From: Elusimicrobiota bacterium
GTDB lineage: Bacteria; Elusimicrobiota; Elusimicrobia; Elusimicrobiales; UBA9959
Reading direction: 5' to 3'
Length of the DNA stretch: 64,000 nucleotides
NCBI GenBank assembly: GCA_029267355.1
Contig: JAJUJA010000002.1
Span: 65,386 to 129,385 of the forward strand
Both the position numbers and the translations under genes were made by a program. This document shows, piece by piece, positions 49,853-59,399 of this stretch. How positions within the stretch are numbered: position 1 is the stretch's first letter; every line of letters begins with the position of its first letter. Under the pieces are notes generated by a model. It did not search any database and had not been told where the DNA came from. It saw only the letters and a program-made list of their open reading frames with translations.

Positions 49853-50309
49853 TTTTAAATTTCCTCTCCAAAAAATTGTCCAAAGAAAAAAAACCGCCTT
49901 TCTTATAGGAGACAAATAAGAGGGCCAGCCATATAAGGTTCAGCATCATCTCCACGGGCAATGAATTTGAATGCGCCGCGCCGAAACAGCCGCAGTCTTT
50001 TATTTCAAGGCCTCTTAATGCGGCCTGTGCCAGCAAAAGCTCAAAAAAAGCAAAAATCCCCATGGCCGCAAGAATAGACTGTTTTCTGAAAATTCCGAGT
50101 ATAAGAAAGGCGCCGAGATAAATCTCAAGCCAGGGGAAAAATGAGGCGGCTATCAGGGCTGCCTGTCCTGAAATAACTTTATAGGCCTCTATTGAGAAGG
50201 CAAATTCCTCGGCCGGAGACATAAGCTTGATGTATCCGGCATAAAAGAGAACTGCGCCCGGAATAATTCCGGCTAAAGCATATGCTGATTCAGCCGCTTT
50301 CTCTCTCAT
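49842..50309 (-). CDS. MauE/DoxX-like membrane protein
   Basis: About four TM helices and a CGCFG motif (IKDCGCFGAAH), as in the MauE/DoxX family. 4-nt overlap with the DsbA-like gene. Confidence 0.55.
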   Translation of the reverse strand: MREKAAESAYALAGIIPGAVLFYAGYIKLMSPAEEFAFSIEAYKVISGQAALIAASFFPWLEIYLGAFLILGIFRKQSILAAMGIFAFFELLLAQAALRGLEIKDCGCFGAAHSNSLPVEMMLNLIWLALLFVSYKKGGFFSLDNFLERKFKNEK

Positions 50310-50944
50310 ATTTCTTCCACCAGCAGGCGCCTCAATTCATTTATCATCTGGCCTGCGCCGACGGCTCTCTTGCCGTTTATAAAAAAAGTCGGGGTGGCGT
50401 CTATGCCTTTAAGGTCGCCCCTGGATATATCGTTTTTGACTTCTTTTAAGGATTGAGGGTCAAGATAACACTTTTCCATCTGTTCAAAATTCAGCGAAAT
50501 TTTTTTGGCATAACTTTCAAATTCTTTCTTGAAATTTTCATTATTGGCCCATTTCTCCCTGTTTTCAAAAAGCAAATCGGCAAATTCCCAAAATTTCCCC
50601 TGTTTGCCGGCGCAATCGGCGAATACCGCCGCGTCAAGTGAAAATCTGTGTATGCCGGTTAAGGGATAATGCTTGAAATTAACCTGTATTTTGCCGCCGT
50701 ATACCGAAAGAACGCTTTTAAGCTTTGAATTTGCCGCAGCGCAGGCCGGACAGGCAAGGTCTGAATACTCAAAAATAGTTATCGCCGGCTTTTCGCTGCC
50801 GGCGCGCCTGAAGGCGGGGGAAAGAGGCGTAGGGCTGGCCTCGCTTTCTCTAAGCTGGAAAATAACGAATGTTAAAACGGCGGCTATAAAGACAGCCGAA
50901 AATATGCGGACTTTTGTAAGCTTGCTCATAGTATAATTATACAA
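50306..50944 (-). CDS. DsbA-family thioredoxin-fold thiol:disulfide oxidoreductase
   Basis: N-terminal TM anchor, CPAC active site (YSDLACPACAA) and a DsbA-like C-terminal part (GIDATPTFFINGK). Confidence 0.75.
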   Translation of the reverse strand: MYNYTMSKLTKVRIFSAVFIAAVLTFVIFQLRESEASPTPLSPAFRRAGSEKPAITIFEYSDLACPACAAANSKLKSVLSVYGGKIQVNFKHYPLTGIHRFSLDAAVFADCAGKQGKFWEFADLLFENREKWANNENFKKEFESYAKKISLNFEQMEKCYLDPQSLKEVKNDISRGDLKGIDATPTFFINGKRAVGAGQMINELRRLLVEEI

Positions 50945-51222
50945 CTAAAGCAAAGCGTTGTTCACATCGATTCGGGCCTTTCAATCAGTTTTATATTTTG
51001 AGCTTTTTGCGGGACGGCAGGAAAAGGACATTGCCATTCAGGTTTATTTTTTTAAGGCCGACTGTATAAAACCTTTCAAGAATCTTTACGGCATTTTAGC
51101 AATGCGGAAATGCGTATCTAATTCTTATCCCATCTTCTTTCGTTCTTGTGCAAAACGGTTTTGCGGGGTCCCGCGGCAGCCCGGCATATACTCGTTGCGC
51201 GAGTGAAATCTGAAAAAATAAA

Positions 51223-51768
51223 TTACCGGGTCATCTTGAGATTATTTTCCGCATTGGAGTCTTTATTATCATATTCCGCGGGGTTGCGATCCGTCTTTTT
51301 AGCTGCTGCGGAATATTTCTCGGGATTTTTATTGAATTTTTCAACGCATTCCCGGCAGCAAAAAAAATAAGTTTTTCCCTTATATTCAAGTTTTGGCGAT
51401 TTTGAAGATGGAGCAAATTTCGTTCCCATAACAGGGCAGATGAACTTATTTCCGGCTTTGATATCAGTTTTTGAGGCGTATTTGCCCGGCTCTTTTTGGA
51501 ATTCGTCCTTGCATGCGGGGCAGCAGAAATAGTATTTTTTGCCCGCATATTCAATAAAGGATGTCTTTTCGTTTACTGAAAAAGCTTCTCCAGTCACCGG
51601 GCATATCATTTGATTTCCGCAGACCGCGGCGTTTTTCTCGTCCGTCTTCTTTTGAATGCCGGCCTGCTTTTTGCCGCCTGCGTCCAGCATATACTTGTGA
51701 TTGAGGCTGTCATCCGTATATGCATAAACTGCTGCAGTTAATATGAGAGCGGTTATTGCTTTTTTCAT
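51223..51768 (-). CDS. Secreted protein with two YHS (TRASH-type) metal-binding domains
   Basis: A signal peptide followed by two repeats: ICPVTGEAF...YYFCCPACKDEFQKEPGKY and ICPVMGTKF...YFFCCRECVEKFNKNPEKY. Confidence 0.8.
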   Translation of the reverse strand: MKKAITALILTAAVYAYTDDSLNHKYMLDAGGKKQAGIQKKTDEKNAAVCGNQMICPVTGEAFSVNEKTSFIEYAGKKYYFCCPACKDEFQKEPGKYASKTDIKAGNKFICPVMGTKFAPSSKSPKLEYKGKTYFFCCRECVEKFNKNPEKYSAAAKKTDRNPAEYDNKDSNAENNLKMTR

Positions 51769-51962
51769 TGAATCTCCTTTCCTGTTTTTCTTATCAGTTC
51801 ATTTATCTTCTCAATTGTTATCCTCGTCATACACGATATTTACATCTTCTTTTTTGGATAAGCTTCAGCTTCTTTAATGCCGCCGCAGGTTAGAGCGGAT
51901 TTTATTTCGCTTACGCAGCTCATGCAGGCTATCGGCCTGATCTTTATGCCGATTCCCTTCAT
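51765..51962 (-). pseudogene. copZ-like heavy-metal-associated (HMA) domain gene interrupted by an in-frame TAA
   Basis: A 66-codon frame runs from ATG (51962) to a TGA that overlaps the YHS gene ATG (ATGA). It reads MKGIGIKIRPIACMSCVSEIKSALTCGGIKEAEAYPKKKM*ISCMTRITIEKINELIRKTGKEIQ, with a CxxC metal site and HMA-like length. The stop is codon 41, at 51840-51842. Confidence 0.55.
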
Positions 51963-52056
51963 AATTGTCTCCTGAGTTTGCCGGTTTGACGTAATTAGAT
52001 TATACTATGTGGGGGTATATCTTGTCAATCGTACCCTTTTCTGCTATACTTTTTGT

Positions 52057-53253
52057 ATGAGAAGGAAAGCATACTGTCTAATAGTATTCTTATTTGCTGC
52101 CGGAATTCTTTATTCCAAAGAGATGCCTTTAAGCGAATATTTAAGCGCAGTTTCTGAAAAAAATCCGCGCATAATATCGGCCGGAAAAGCATATGAGGGG
52201 GCCGATTTTGCAATCCGCTACTCATACGCCCTGAAAAATCCGACCATTGAGTTTGAAAGAATGTACACAGGCGATATGAATGAAAAGAGCTTTTATCTGA
52301 AGCAGGAAATAGAAAATCCGGCAAGATTAAGGCGTTTATACGGCGCTTCCAAAGCTTTCTATGAGATCAAAAAGCTTGAATATGAAAAAACTAAAAACGA
52401 TATAGTAACCGAGGCTGAGATTTCTTATTATGACTATCTGTATATCTCAAGAAAAAAGGATATATACCGCGATATCCTTTCCGCTTTGGATCTGCTGATC
52501 GAAAATCTTAAGGCGTCATATTCCGCGGGAAGCATCAGACTTAAAGATATCTCAGCTCTTGAGCTTAAGCGGATGGAAGTTAAGAACGAGATATCTCTAA
52601 TGGAGAACGAAGAAGACATTTACCGCAAAAAACTTATGTCTTTTGCGGATAATTACACACCCCTTGAACTTTCAAAAAAAATAGATGAACAAGTTTCGCT
52701 CAGTATCTCATTTGAAGAGATGAAATCAGTGCTTAAAGAGAAAAATTTGAGCGTTCTTGCAAAGAAAAAGGAGATTGAAATATCGGAATTTGAGTATGGC
52801 GTCTCAAAAACATCCTATTACCCGGACTTTATGTTTGGTTACAGGAAAAGATATCAAAACAGCAATTCATACGATTTGATGCTGGGTTTCTCTCTGCCCG
52901 TTTTCGCAAATAAAAACTCAAGCAGAATAAAAGAAAAAGAAAAAATGCTTGAATCTGCGCGGAAAGAATTTGAAAATATCCTGCTGGAAGAAGAGTTCAA
53001 GGCTGAGAAATATTTTCTGCTCGCCAAGGCAAATATGAATTCGTCAGATTACTATAGAAGCGCCGTTATACCGGCTGCCTCGCTTAATTTGGACCTGAAT
53101 ATAGCTGCCTACAATGCGGGCAGCGTCTCCATTAAGGATGTCATCTATTCAATTGATGAAAAGCTGAAAATAGAACTTAAATACTATGAGTATATAATTG
53201 AATTTCACAAGGCAAAAGCCGGGTTAAACGGCGCTTTGGGGAGGAGTTTATGA
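52057..53253 (+). CDS. TolC-like outer-membrane efflux factor (CusC/CzcC-type)
   Basis: A signal peptide starts at the internal ATG at 52057. The two-repeat helical/beta OEP-like sequence overlaps the adaptor gene by 4 nt. Confidence 0.75.
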   Translation: MRRKAYCLIVFLFAAGILYSKEMPLSEYLSAVSEKNPRIISAGKAYEGADFAIRYSYALKNPTIEFERMYTGDMNEKSFYLKQEIENPARLRRLYGASKAFYEIKKLEYEKTKNDIVTEAEISYYDYLYISRKKDIYRDILSALDLLIENLKASYSAGSIRLKDISALELKRMEVKNEISLMENEEDIYRKKLMSFADNYTPLELSKKIDEQVSLSISFEEMKSVLKEKNLSVLAKKKEIEISEFEYGVSKTSYYPDFMFGYRKRYQNSNSYDLMLGFSLPVFANKNSSRIKEKEKMLESARKEFENILLEEEFKAEKYFLLAKANMNSSDYYRSAVIPAASLNLDLNIAAYNAGSVSIKDVIYSIDEKLKIELKYYEYIIEFHKAKAGLNGALGRSL

Positions 53254-54278
53254 AAAGAATTTTAATTTTCTGGGCGCTTTTTTTCGTCCCGTTTCAACTG
53301 CGCGCCGGAGACGAAAAATCTCAGCTTTATTACTGTCCGATGCATCCGTCTTATACTTCAGCTCAGCTGGGCCAATGCCCGATATGTCATATGGATCTTG
53401 TTTTGAAGGAACAAGACGGGGGCGGGCATGAACATTCAAAAAATACCCGGGAAAACAGGGCAGGGATTATAAATGTGCCGTCTGATTTTTTGAGAAAGTT
53501 CGGAATAAAAACTCAAAAAGCCGTTAAAAAGAGGTTCAGCGTAAGCATTTACCTTCCGGGCAATGTCTCATATGACAGGGACCTTTATGAGCTTTTAAAC
53601 GAGTATAAAAATGTATCTTTGGTTAAGGATTCTTTCAGCAGCGGGGAGAATAACAGCTTTAAGGATCTGCTTGACTCGTCTTTGTTAAAACTGAAAATAT
53701 ACGGAATTTCAAAAGATATTGCCGGGGAGATGCTGTCGGCAGGGATCTCGCCTCTTATTTCGCCGTCTGATACGGCGTACGCCTATTTTTATGCGGATGA
53801 AAAGTATATCCCATTGATCAAGGAAGGCGATCCGGTCATTGTTGAGACGCAGATTAAAAAAAAATCTCTTAAAGGCAGGGTGCTTGCCGTCGGGGGCGCA
53901 GTTGATGAGTTCAGGAAGGCAAAGATTATCGTTTTAGTGGAAGATAAAGGCGCGCTTTTTACTCCGGGCATGTATTTGTATGGAAAATTTGACGCTGATC
54001 GCGGAGAGAAGCTTGTGATTGGCGAAGATTCATATATAGAAAACGGAGAGGAAGATTTAGTTTATGTTGAGAAAGAAAGGGGCAAATATGAGATTAGAAA
54101 GATAAAAACGGTTTTTTCTTCTGGCGGATATACGGAGGTCGCAGCCGGGCTTAAGGAGGGGGAGAAAATAATCTCTCCTGCCTTTCTTATAGATTCTGAA
54201 GCCAGACTTAAAGGCGTGTACGGGGATAGCAGCAGTGGAGCCGGCGGAGAGGCAAGAGCGTCAGGCCGTCACCATTAG
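53250..54278 (+). CDS. RND efflux periplasmic adaptor (CusB/CzcB-like) with N-terminal metal-binding motif
   Basis: Signal peptide, YYCPMHPSYTSAQLGQCPICHMDLV (heavy-metal-binding domain), and a barrel-sandwich/beta-barrel adaptor-like remainder. Confidence 0.8.
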   Translation: MKRILIFWALFFVPFQLRAGDEKSQLYYCPMHPSYTSAQLGQCPICHMDLVLKEQDGGGHEHSKNTRENRAGIINVPSDFLRKFGIKTQKAVKKRFSVSIYLPGNVSYDRDLYELLNEYKNVSLVKDSFSSGENNSFKDLLDSSLLKLKIYGISKDIAGEMLSAGISPLISPSDTAYAYFYADEKYIPLIKEGDPVIVETQIKKKSLKGRVLAVGGAVDEFRKAKIIVLVEDKGALFTPGMYLYGKFDADRGEKLVIGEDSYIENGEEDLVYVEKERGKYEIRKIKTVFSSGGYTEVAAGLKEGEKIISPAFLIDSEARLKGVYGDSSSGAGGEARASGRHH

Positions 54279-54287
54279 AGGCGTTCT

Positions 54288-57200
54288 ATGTTAAATGGAA
54301 TAATAGATTTTTCGGCAAAAAACAGATATCTTGTGCTGCTTCTGTCTGCGCTTTCTCTTTTTTTCTCTTTTTATGTTTTGAAAAATACGCCGGTTGACGC
54401 TATACCGGACCTTAGCGATACTCAGGTCATAGTTTACACTCAATGGAATAAAAGCCCCAGGATAATCGAAGATCAGATAACATATCCGATAGTAACCTCT
54501 TTGCTAGGCGCCCCCAGAGTAAAAACGATACGCGGCTTCTCCGATTACGGCTATTCATATGTTTATGTCATATTCAAGGACGGAACAGACATATACTGGG
54601 CAAGGAGCAGGGTTTTGGAATACCTTGATAAGGTTAAGGCCTCGCTTCCAAGGGACGCAAAACTGTCTCTCGGCCCAGACGCCAGCGGTGTCGGCTGGGT
54701 GTATCAGTATGCGCTTATTGATAAAACCGGCCGCAGAAGCATTGAAGAGATAAGGTCATTTCAAGACTTTAATCTGAAGTACCAGCTTGGCGCCGTTGAG
54801 GGGGTAAGCGAGGTAGCTGCGGTAGGCGGATTTAAGAAAGAATATCAGATAATCGTAAATCCGGCCAAACTTTTTCATTACAAGCTTTCAATAAAGGACA
54901 TAATACGTGCCGTTAAAGAATCAAATGATGAATCTGATGCCAGACTGCTTGAATATTCAGGTTTTGAGTACATGGTAAAAATAAATGGATATCTCAAAGG
55001 AATTGAAGATATAAAGAAGATTCCCCTTAATGCGGGCAATGGCGCCGGGGTCTTGCTTGAGGATGTTTGCGAAGTAAAGACAGGCCCTCAGCTCAGGCGG
55101 GGGGCCGGCGATCTTAACGGGGATGGCGATACTGTCTCCGGAATAATAGTTGCAAGACACAAGGAAAACGCCCTGGAAGTAATAAACAGGGTCAAAGAAA
55201 AAATTGAAGACATAAAAAAAACGCTGCCTGAAGGGCTTGAAATCGTCACTGTCTACGACAGGGCCCCGCTCATAGAGAGAGCTATAGCCGCTTTGAAGCG
55301 CCAGTTGACGGAAGAAATGCTTATAGTCAGTTTCATAATTCTGCTGTTTTTATGGCATATCCCGAGCGCTATAGTAGCCATTTTAACCATACCGGTGAGC
55401 ATTGCGCTTTGTTTTATCCTTATGTATTTCCTGGGCATTAATTCGAATATAATGTCAATTTCAGGAATAGCTATCTCTATAGGCGTCCTTGTCGACGGGG
55501 CGATAATAGAAGTTGAAAACGCTTATAAAAAACTTGAGATATGGCATGAAAACGGCAGATCCGGAGACTTCCATCAAATAAGGCTTGAAGCGATAAAAGA
55601 GGTAGTCCCGTCGGTGTTTTTCTCGCTTCTTGTGATAGCGGTTTCGTTTATCCCCATATTTGCCTTGACTGATATGGAGGGAAAACTTTTTTCTCCTCTC
55701 GCCTGGACGAAAACGCTCACAATGCTTTCCGCTGCTTTCCTTGCAATAACGCTTGATCCGGCTTTGAGGCTTTCTTTCTCAAGAATGGATGATTTTGAGC
55801 TGAAGCCCAAATTTATATCTTCATTTTTGAATGCCGTTTTTGTGGGAAAATATTACAGCGAGGAAAAGCATCCTGTAAGCCGCATTCTTTTTAATATCTA
55901 CACCCCCGTTTGCAATTTTATCTTAAGAAGGCCGAAGGCCACTGTCTTAAGCGCTGTAGTTCTGGTTATAACAACGATACCTTTTTTCTTAAAACAGATA
56001 GGAAGCGAGTTTATGCCGCCTTTGAACGAAGGCAGCATTTTGTATATGCCGACTACGATGCCGGGGATATCAGCGGCTGAGGCCGCCAGAGTGCTGAAAA
56101 TAAGCGATGAAATAATAATGAAATTCCCGGAGATTAAAACGGTTTATGGAAAAGCCGGAAGAGCCGATACCGCGACAGATCCTGCTCCTCTTTCAATGTT
56201 TGAAACCGTAATAGAATTGAAACCGCAGCTGGAGTGGCGCGAGAAAAAAAGATGGTATTCTTCATGGGCGCCGGAATTTCTTAAGAAATTTTTGAGACGC
56301 TTATGGAATGATAAAATCTCATACGAGGAGCTGATAACTGAACTCAATAAAGAGCTCAAAATACCCGGCTTTGCCAATGCCTGGACCATGCCGATAAAGG
56401 GAAGAATAGACATGCTGACCACAGGCGTGAGAACGCCCGTAGGCATAAAAGTTTTTGGAGATGATATCAAAAAAGTGGAAGAGGCCGCCGTAAGAATAGA
56501 GAGCTTACTCAAGGAATTTCCCGATACCCGCTCTGTTTACGCGGAAAGAATAGGCGGCGGTTATTTCATAGAAATAGATCCGGATAGAAACAAGCTTTCA
56601 AGGTACGGACTTTCAATAGAAGAATTTCAGGAAAATCTGTCAAATACGATAGGAGCAATGCCGGCCGCATATACCATTGAAAACAAGGAAAGATACCCTG
56701 TAACATTGAGATATCAGAAAAAATTCAGAGCGTCAATTGACGATATAAAAAATACGGCGGTAACCATATCGCAGGGCGTGCAGGTGCCCTTAAGCGAGCT
56801 TGCCGATGTTAAATTTGTCTATGGGCCTTCAATGATAAGAAATGAAAACGGACTTTCGGCATCCTATATATATGTCGATACGCAGGCGCATGACATTGGC
56901 GGATATGTGGAAAAAATAAAGAAGCATATCTATAAAAATCTTGAAATGCCTGCCGGCTATTCTCTCGCCTTCAGCGGACAATATGAGAATATGCTGAGGG
57001 TAAAAGAGAGGATGAAGATAATAGCTCCTGTTGTGATTTTGGCCATATTTTTGCTCATCTACGCAAATACCGGCTCTCTATTTAAGGCGTCGCTTGTGAT
57101 GGCGGCAATACCATTTTCGCTGGTGGGATGTTTTGCCGTTTTATATTTGCTTGACTATAATCTGTCCATTGCGGTGTGGGTGGGAATAATAGCTTTAGCA

Positions 57201-57530
57201 GGGCTTGATGCGGAAACAGGCGTCTTTATGCTTCTTTTCCTCGACCTCTCATATAAGCAATTAAAGTCAAAGAAAACAGTTATTACGGATGATGATATCA
57301 AGGATGCCGTTTTCCATGGAGCTGTAAAGAGAATAAGGCCGAAAATGATGACAGTAGTTGCGGCATTTATGGGACTTATGCCGATTATGTGGTCCTTGGG
57401 AACCGGCTCTGATGTTATGAAAAGGATTGCGGCGCCTATGATGGGCGGGCTTTTTACAAGCTTTGCACTTGAGCTTATTGTATATCCGGCGGTTTACTAT
57501 CTCTACTTAAAGCGCAGGCAAAACAATTGA
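54288..57530 (+). CDS. Heavy-metal efflux RND transporter, CusA/CzcA family
   Basis: 1080 aa with a 12-TM RND architecture and two large periplasmic loops. Its sequence resembles the CusA/CzcA family along the whole length. Confidence 0.9.
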   Translation: MLNGIIDFSAKNRYLVLLLSALSLFFSFYVLKNTPVDAIPDLSDTQVIVYTQWNKSPRIIEDQITYPIVTSLLGAPRVKTIRGFSDYGYSYVYVIFKDGTDIYWARSRVLEYLDKVKASLPRDAKLSLGPDASGVGWVYQYALIDKTGRRSIEEIRSFQDFNLKYQLGAVEGVSEVAAVGGFKKEYQIIVNPAKLFHYKLSIKDIIRAVKESNDESDARLLEYSGFEYMVKINGYLKGIEDIKKIPLNAGNGAGVLLEDVCEVKTGPQLRRGAGDLNGDGDTVSGIIVARHKENALEVINRVKEKIEDIKKTLPEGLEIVTVYDRAPLIERAIAALKRQLTEEMLIVSFIILLFLWHIPSAIVAILTIPVSIALCFILMYFLGINSNIMSISGIAISIGVLVDGAIIEVENAYKKLEIWHENGRSGDFHQIRLEAIKEVVPSVFFSLLVIAVSFIPIFALTDMEGKLFSPLAWTKTLTMLSAAFLAITLDPALRLSFSRMDDFELKPKFISSFLNAVFVGKYYSEEKHPVSRILFNIYTPVCNFILRRPKATVLSAVVLVITTIPFFLKQIGSEFMPPLNEGSILYMPTTMPGISAAEAARVLKISDEIIMKFPEIKTVYGKAGRADTATDPAPLSMFETVIELKPQLEWREKKRWYSSWAPEFLKKFLRRLWNDKISYEELITELNKELKIPGFANAWTMPIKGRIDMLTTGVRTPVGIKVFGDDIKKVEEAAVRIESLLKEFPDTRSVYAERIGGGYFIEIDPDRNKLSRYGLSIEEFQENLSNTIGAMPAAYTIENKERYPVTLRYQKKFRASIDDIKNTAVTISQGVQVPLSELADVKFVYGPSMIRNENGLSASYIYVDTQAHDIGGYVEKIKKHIYKNLEMPAGYSLAFSGQYENMLRVKERMKIIAPVVILAIFLLIYANTGSLFKASLVMAAIPFSLVGCFAVLYLLDYNLSIAVWVGIIALAGLDAETGVFMLLFLDLSYKQLKSKKTVITDDDIKDAVFHGAVKRIRPKMMTVVAAFMGLMPIMWSLGTGSDVMKRIAAPMMGGLFTSFALELIVYPAVYYLYLKRRQNN

Positions 57531-57747
57531 GAGGAGTTTACGAATAAAAAAAAGACATTATGTCAGTTTGCGGCGCAGAAGGATATGGAAGGTCTTAGAA
57601 AACTCGCTGTAAACGCAAAGTATATTTATTCGGGATGCTTCAGGGTTTCAAGGGGCCGCGAAAGAATATGCTGCAATCCGCAGCATATTGACAATGATAA
57701 AAACCTTGATTGCTGCGAAAATAAAGATTGAAAATTGCCTTTTTTAT

Positions 57748-58533
57748 TTAACTCAGAGATAAGGATGATAAAAGCCGCTTAGCATTTTCTATGAAATCAG
57801 GCAGCTCTTCAGGCGACAGCCTCTGCGTTTTTTTATAGGCGCAGAAGAATCTGCCGCCTGCATGGCAATGCCAGCCCAGCTCATTTTGGAAAAATGAAAT
57901 CCTTGAATCATTAAAGAAGGCTCTCGTAGATTCTTCTCTGTATCCTTTCAGACAGTAAGACGAGGAAAATTGCGGATAGTTTTCAAAATTTATGTCTTTA
58001 AAGCCCAATACGCTGCCTATTTTATCCAGAAAATTTTCAGGCCTTAAGGTAAAATCAGGAAGCTCATCCTTTGTCTTAAAAAGGGCCAGAGTGTAATTGT
58101 ATGTCGTGGAGCTTTTTCCGCCGCCTACCGTGTATTTGTAGTCAAAAACCATCAAATGGCTGCCCTTGAAGGGAATAACGAGCAAATTTCTTGCGCTTCT
58201 TGAATGGCCGGTCCTGAAAATCTCAAGGCCTGTAAAATCCAGATTTGCGGTTTGTCTGGGGAATAAATTTGAAAAAAATGAAAATTTCTCCTTATATATA
58301 GGATCCGACTCATAGATTTCCTTGTAATTTTCCATTGAAGAGGGTTTATACTCTCCCCTGAGGGAATTCAAGCTTTCAGCCGATTCTTCAAAGCGCAGGC
58401 CGGCAGACATGGCATATTCTTTGAGTTTCTCTCTTCTTTTTTTCTCGGAATATATTGCCGCAGAGACGATTACGCCCATGAGTGCAAAGAATATTATGAA
58501 AGGCAGAAAAGGAATTAAATCATGCATTTGCAT
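57748..58533 (-). CDS. Membrane-anchored hypothetical protein
   Basis: Single N-terminal TM (LIPFLPFIIFFALMGVIVSAAIY). No family recognised with confidence. Confidence 0.45.
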   Translation of the reverse strand: MQMHDLIPFLPFIIFFALMGVIVSAAIYSEKKRREKLKEYAMSAGLRFEESAESLNSLRGEYKPSSMENYKEIYESDPIYKEKFSFFSNLFPRQTANLDFTGLEIFRTGHSRSARNLLVIPFKGSHLMVFDYKYTVGGGKSSTTYNYTLALFKTKDELPDFTLRPENFLDKIGSVLGFKDINFENYPQFSSSYCLKGYREESTRAFFNDSRISFFQNELGWHCHAGGRFFCAYKKTQRLSPEELPDFIENAKRLLSSLSLS

Positions 58534-58769
58534 TATTCCCCCGATGCAGCCTTGAGCCGGTCTTGCTGAGCTTTTTCCATAAGCGCGGCGGCTTCTTTGG
58601 CCTGTCCAACGGCATTTACGGTGTTTCTCACATAATTAGCCGGAGCTGCCAAAGTTGAAGTGGAAGTTTGCGGTATTGCGGCATTATTTTCCGCCGGCTG
58701 TTTTTCAGTGTTTTCCCTGGGCGAGCAGGCCGCTATGGCCATGATGCAGACGAAAATAAATTTTTTCAT
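58533..58769 (-). CDS. Small lipoprotein
   Basis: Lipobox MKKFIFVCIMAIAACS. Its stop overlaps the downstream gene start by 1 nt. Confidence 0.45.
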   Translation of the reverse strand: MKKFIFVCIMAIAACSPRENTEKQPAENNAAIPQTSTSTLAAPANYVRNTVNAVGQAKEAAALMEKAQQDRLKAASGE

Positions 58770-59040
58770 ATATTATTCTCCCTTAACGCATTTTACAAAT
58801 CTTTAGGGCTTTAGCAAATAATTTTACAGCCGGAGATCAGGTTGCAGATAAAGCTTTCCGGCATTTTGGCATAAAAATTGCGCTGGGCGGGGGAACGGCC
58901 GGTTTTGCCGCTATTTTAACTTATAACTGTTTTGATAAGCCGGGTGACGCTTCTTGTTTGCAGAAAAAAAGCGGGAACTCTGGAAATGATTTTTGCTGAT
59001 GCGTGAATTTATGTCCGGCATAAATTCAAGACCGTGACTT

Positions 59041-59265
59041 TCAATCTATTACAGAGATTATCTTTGCCGGCGAGGTGTGGCCCTTTATGAGTCTGAGTTT
59101 TTGCGGCTGTACTTTCAGAAAAGCCGCCAATATAGAAATGACGGCCCTGTTGGCCCTGTTGTTTTCCGCCGGTTCTTTTACGCTTATTTCAAAAGAATCG
59201 GCGTCTCTCATCTCAATGCGATTTTCTTTCGCTTCAGCTTTTACCTTTACCTTTATAAATTTCAT
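59041..59265 (-). CDS. DUF167 (YggU) family protein
   Basis: MKFIKVKVKAEAKENRIE...VKEPAENNRANRAVISILAAFLKV...IKGHTSPAKII is typical of YggU. Start at the internal ATG at 59265. Confidence 0.7.
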   Translation of the reverse strand: MKFIKVKVKAEAKENRIEMRDADSFEISVKEPAENNRANRAVISILAAFLKVQPQKLRLIKGHTSPAKIISVID

Positions 59266-59399
59266 AATTCGTTTGCCTGTAAAAACGGCGCGGCCGACCA
59301 AGCTATGGGAAAACTATTCCGTATTTTCTAAAATATATTAATACTTTTGCCTGCCTTCCGCAATGCTTGTAATCGGATGAAGGCCGGAATGGAGAGCTT

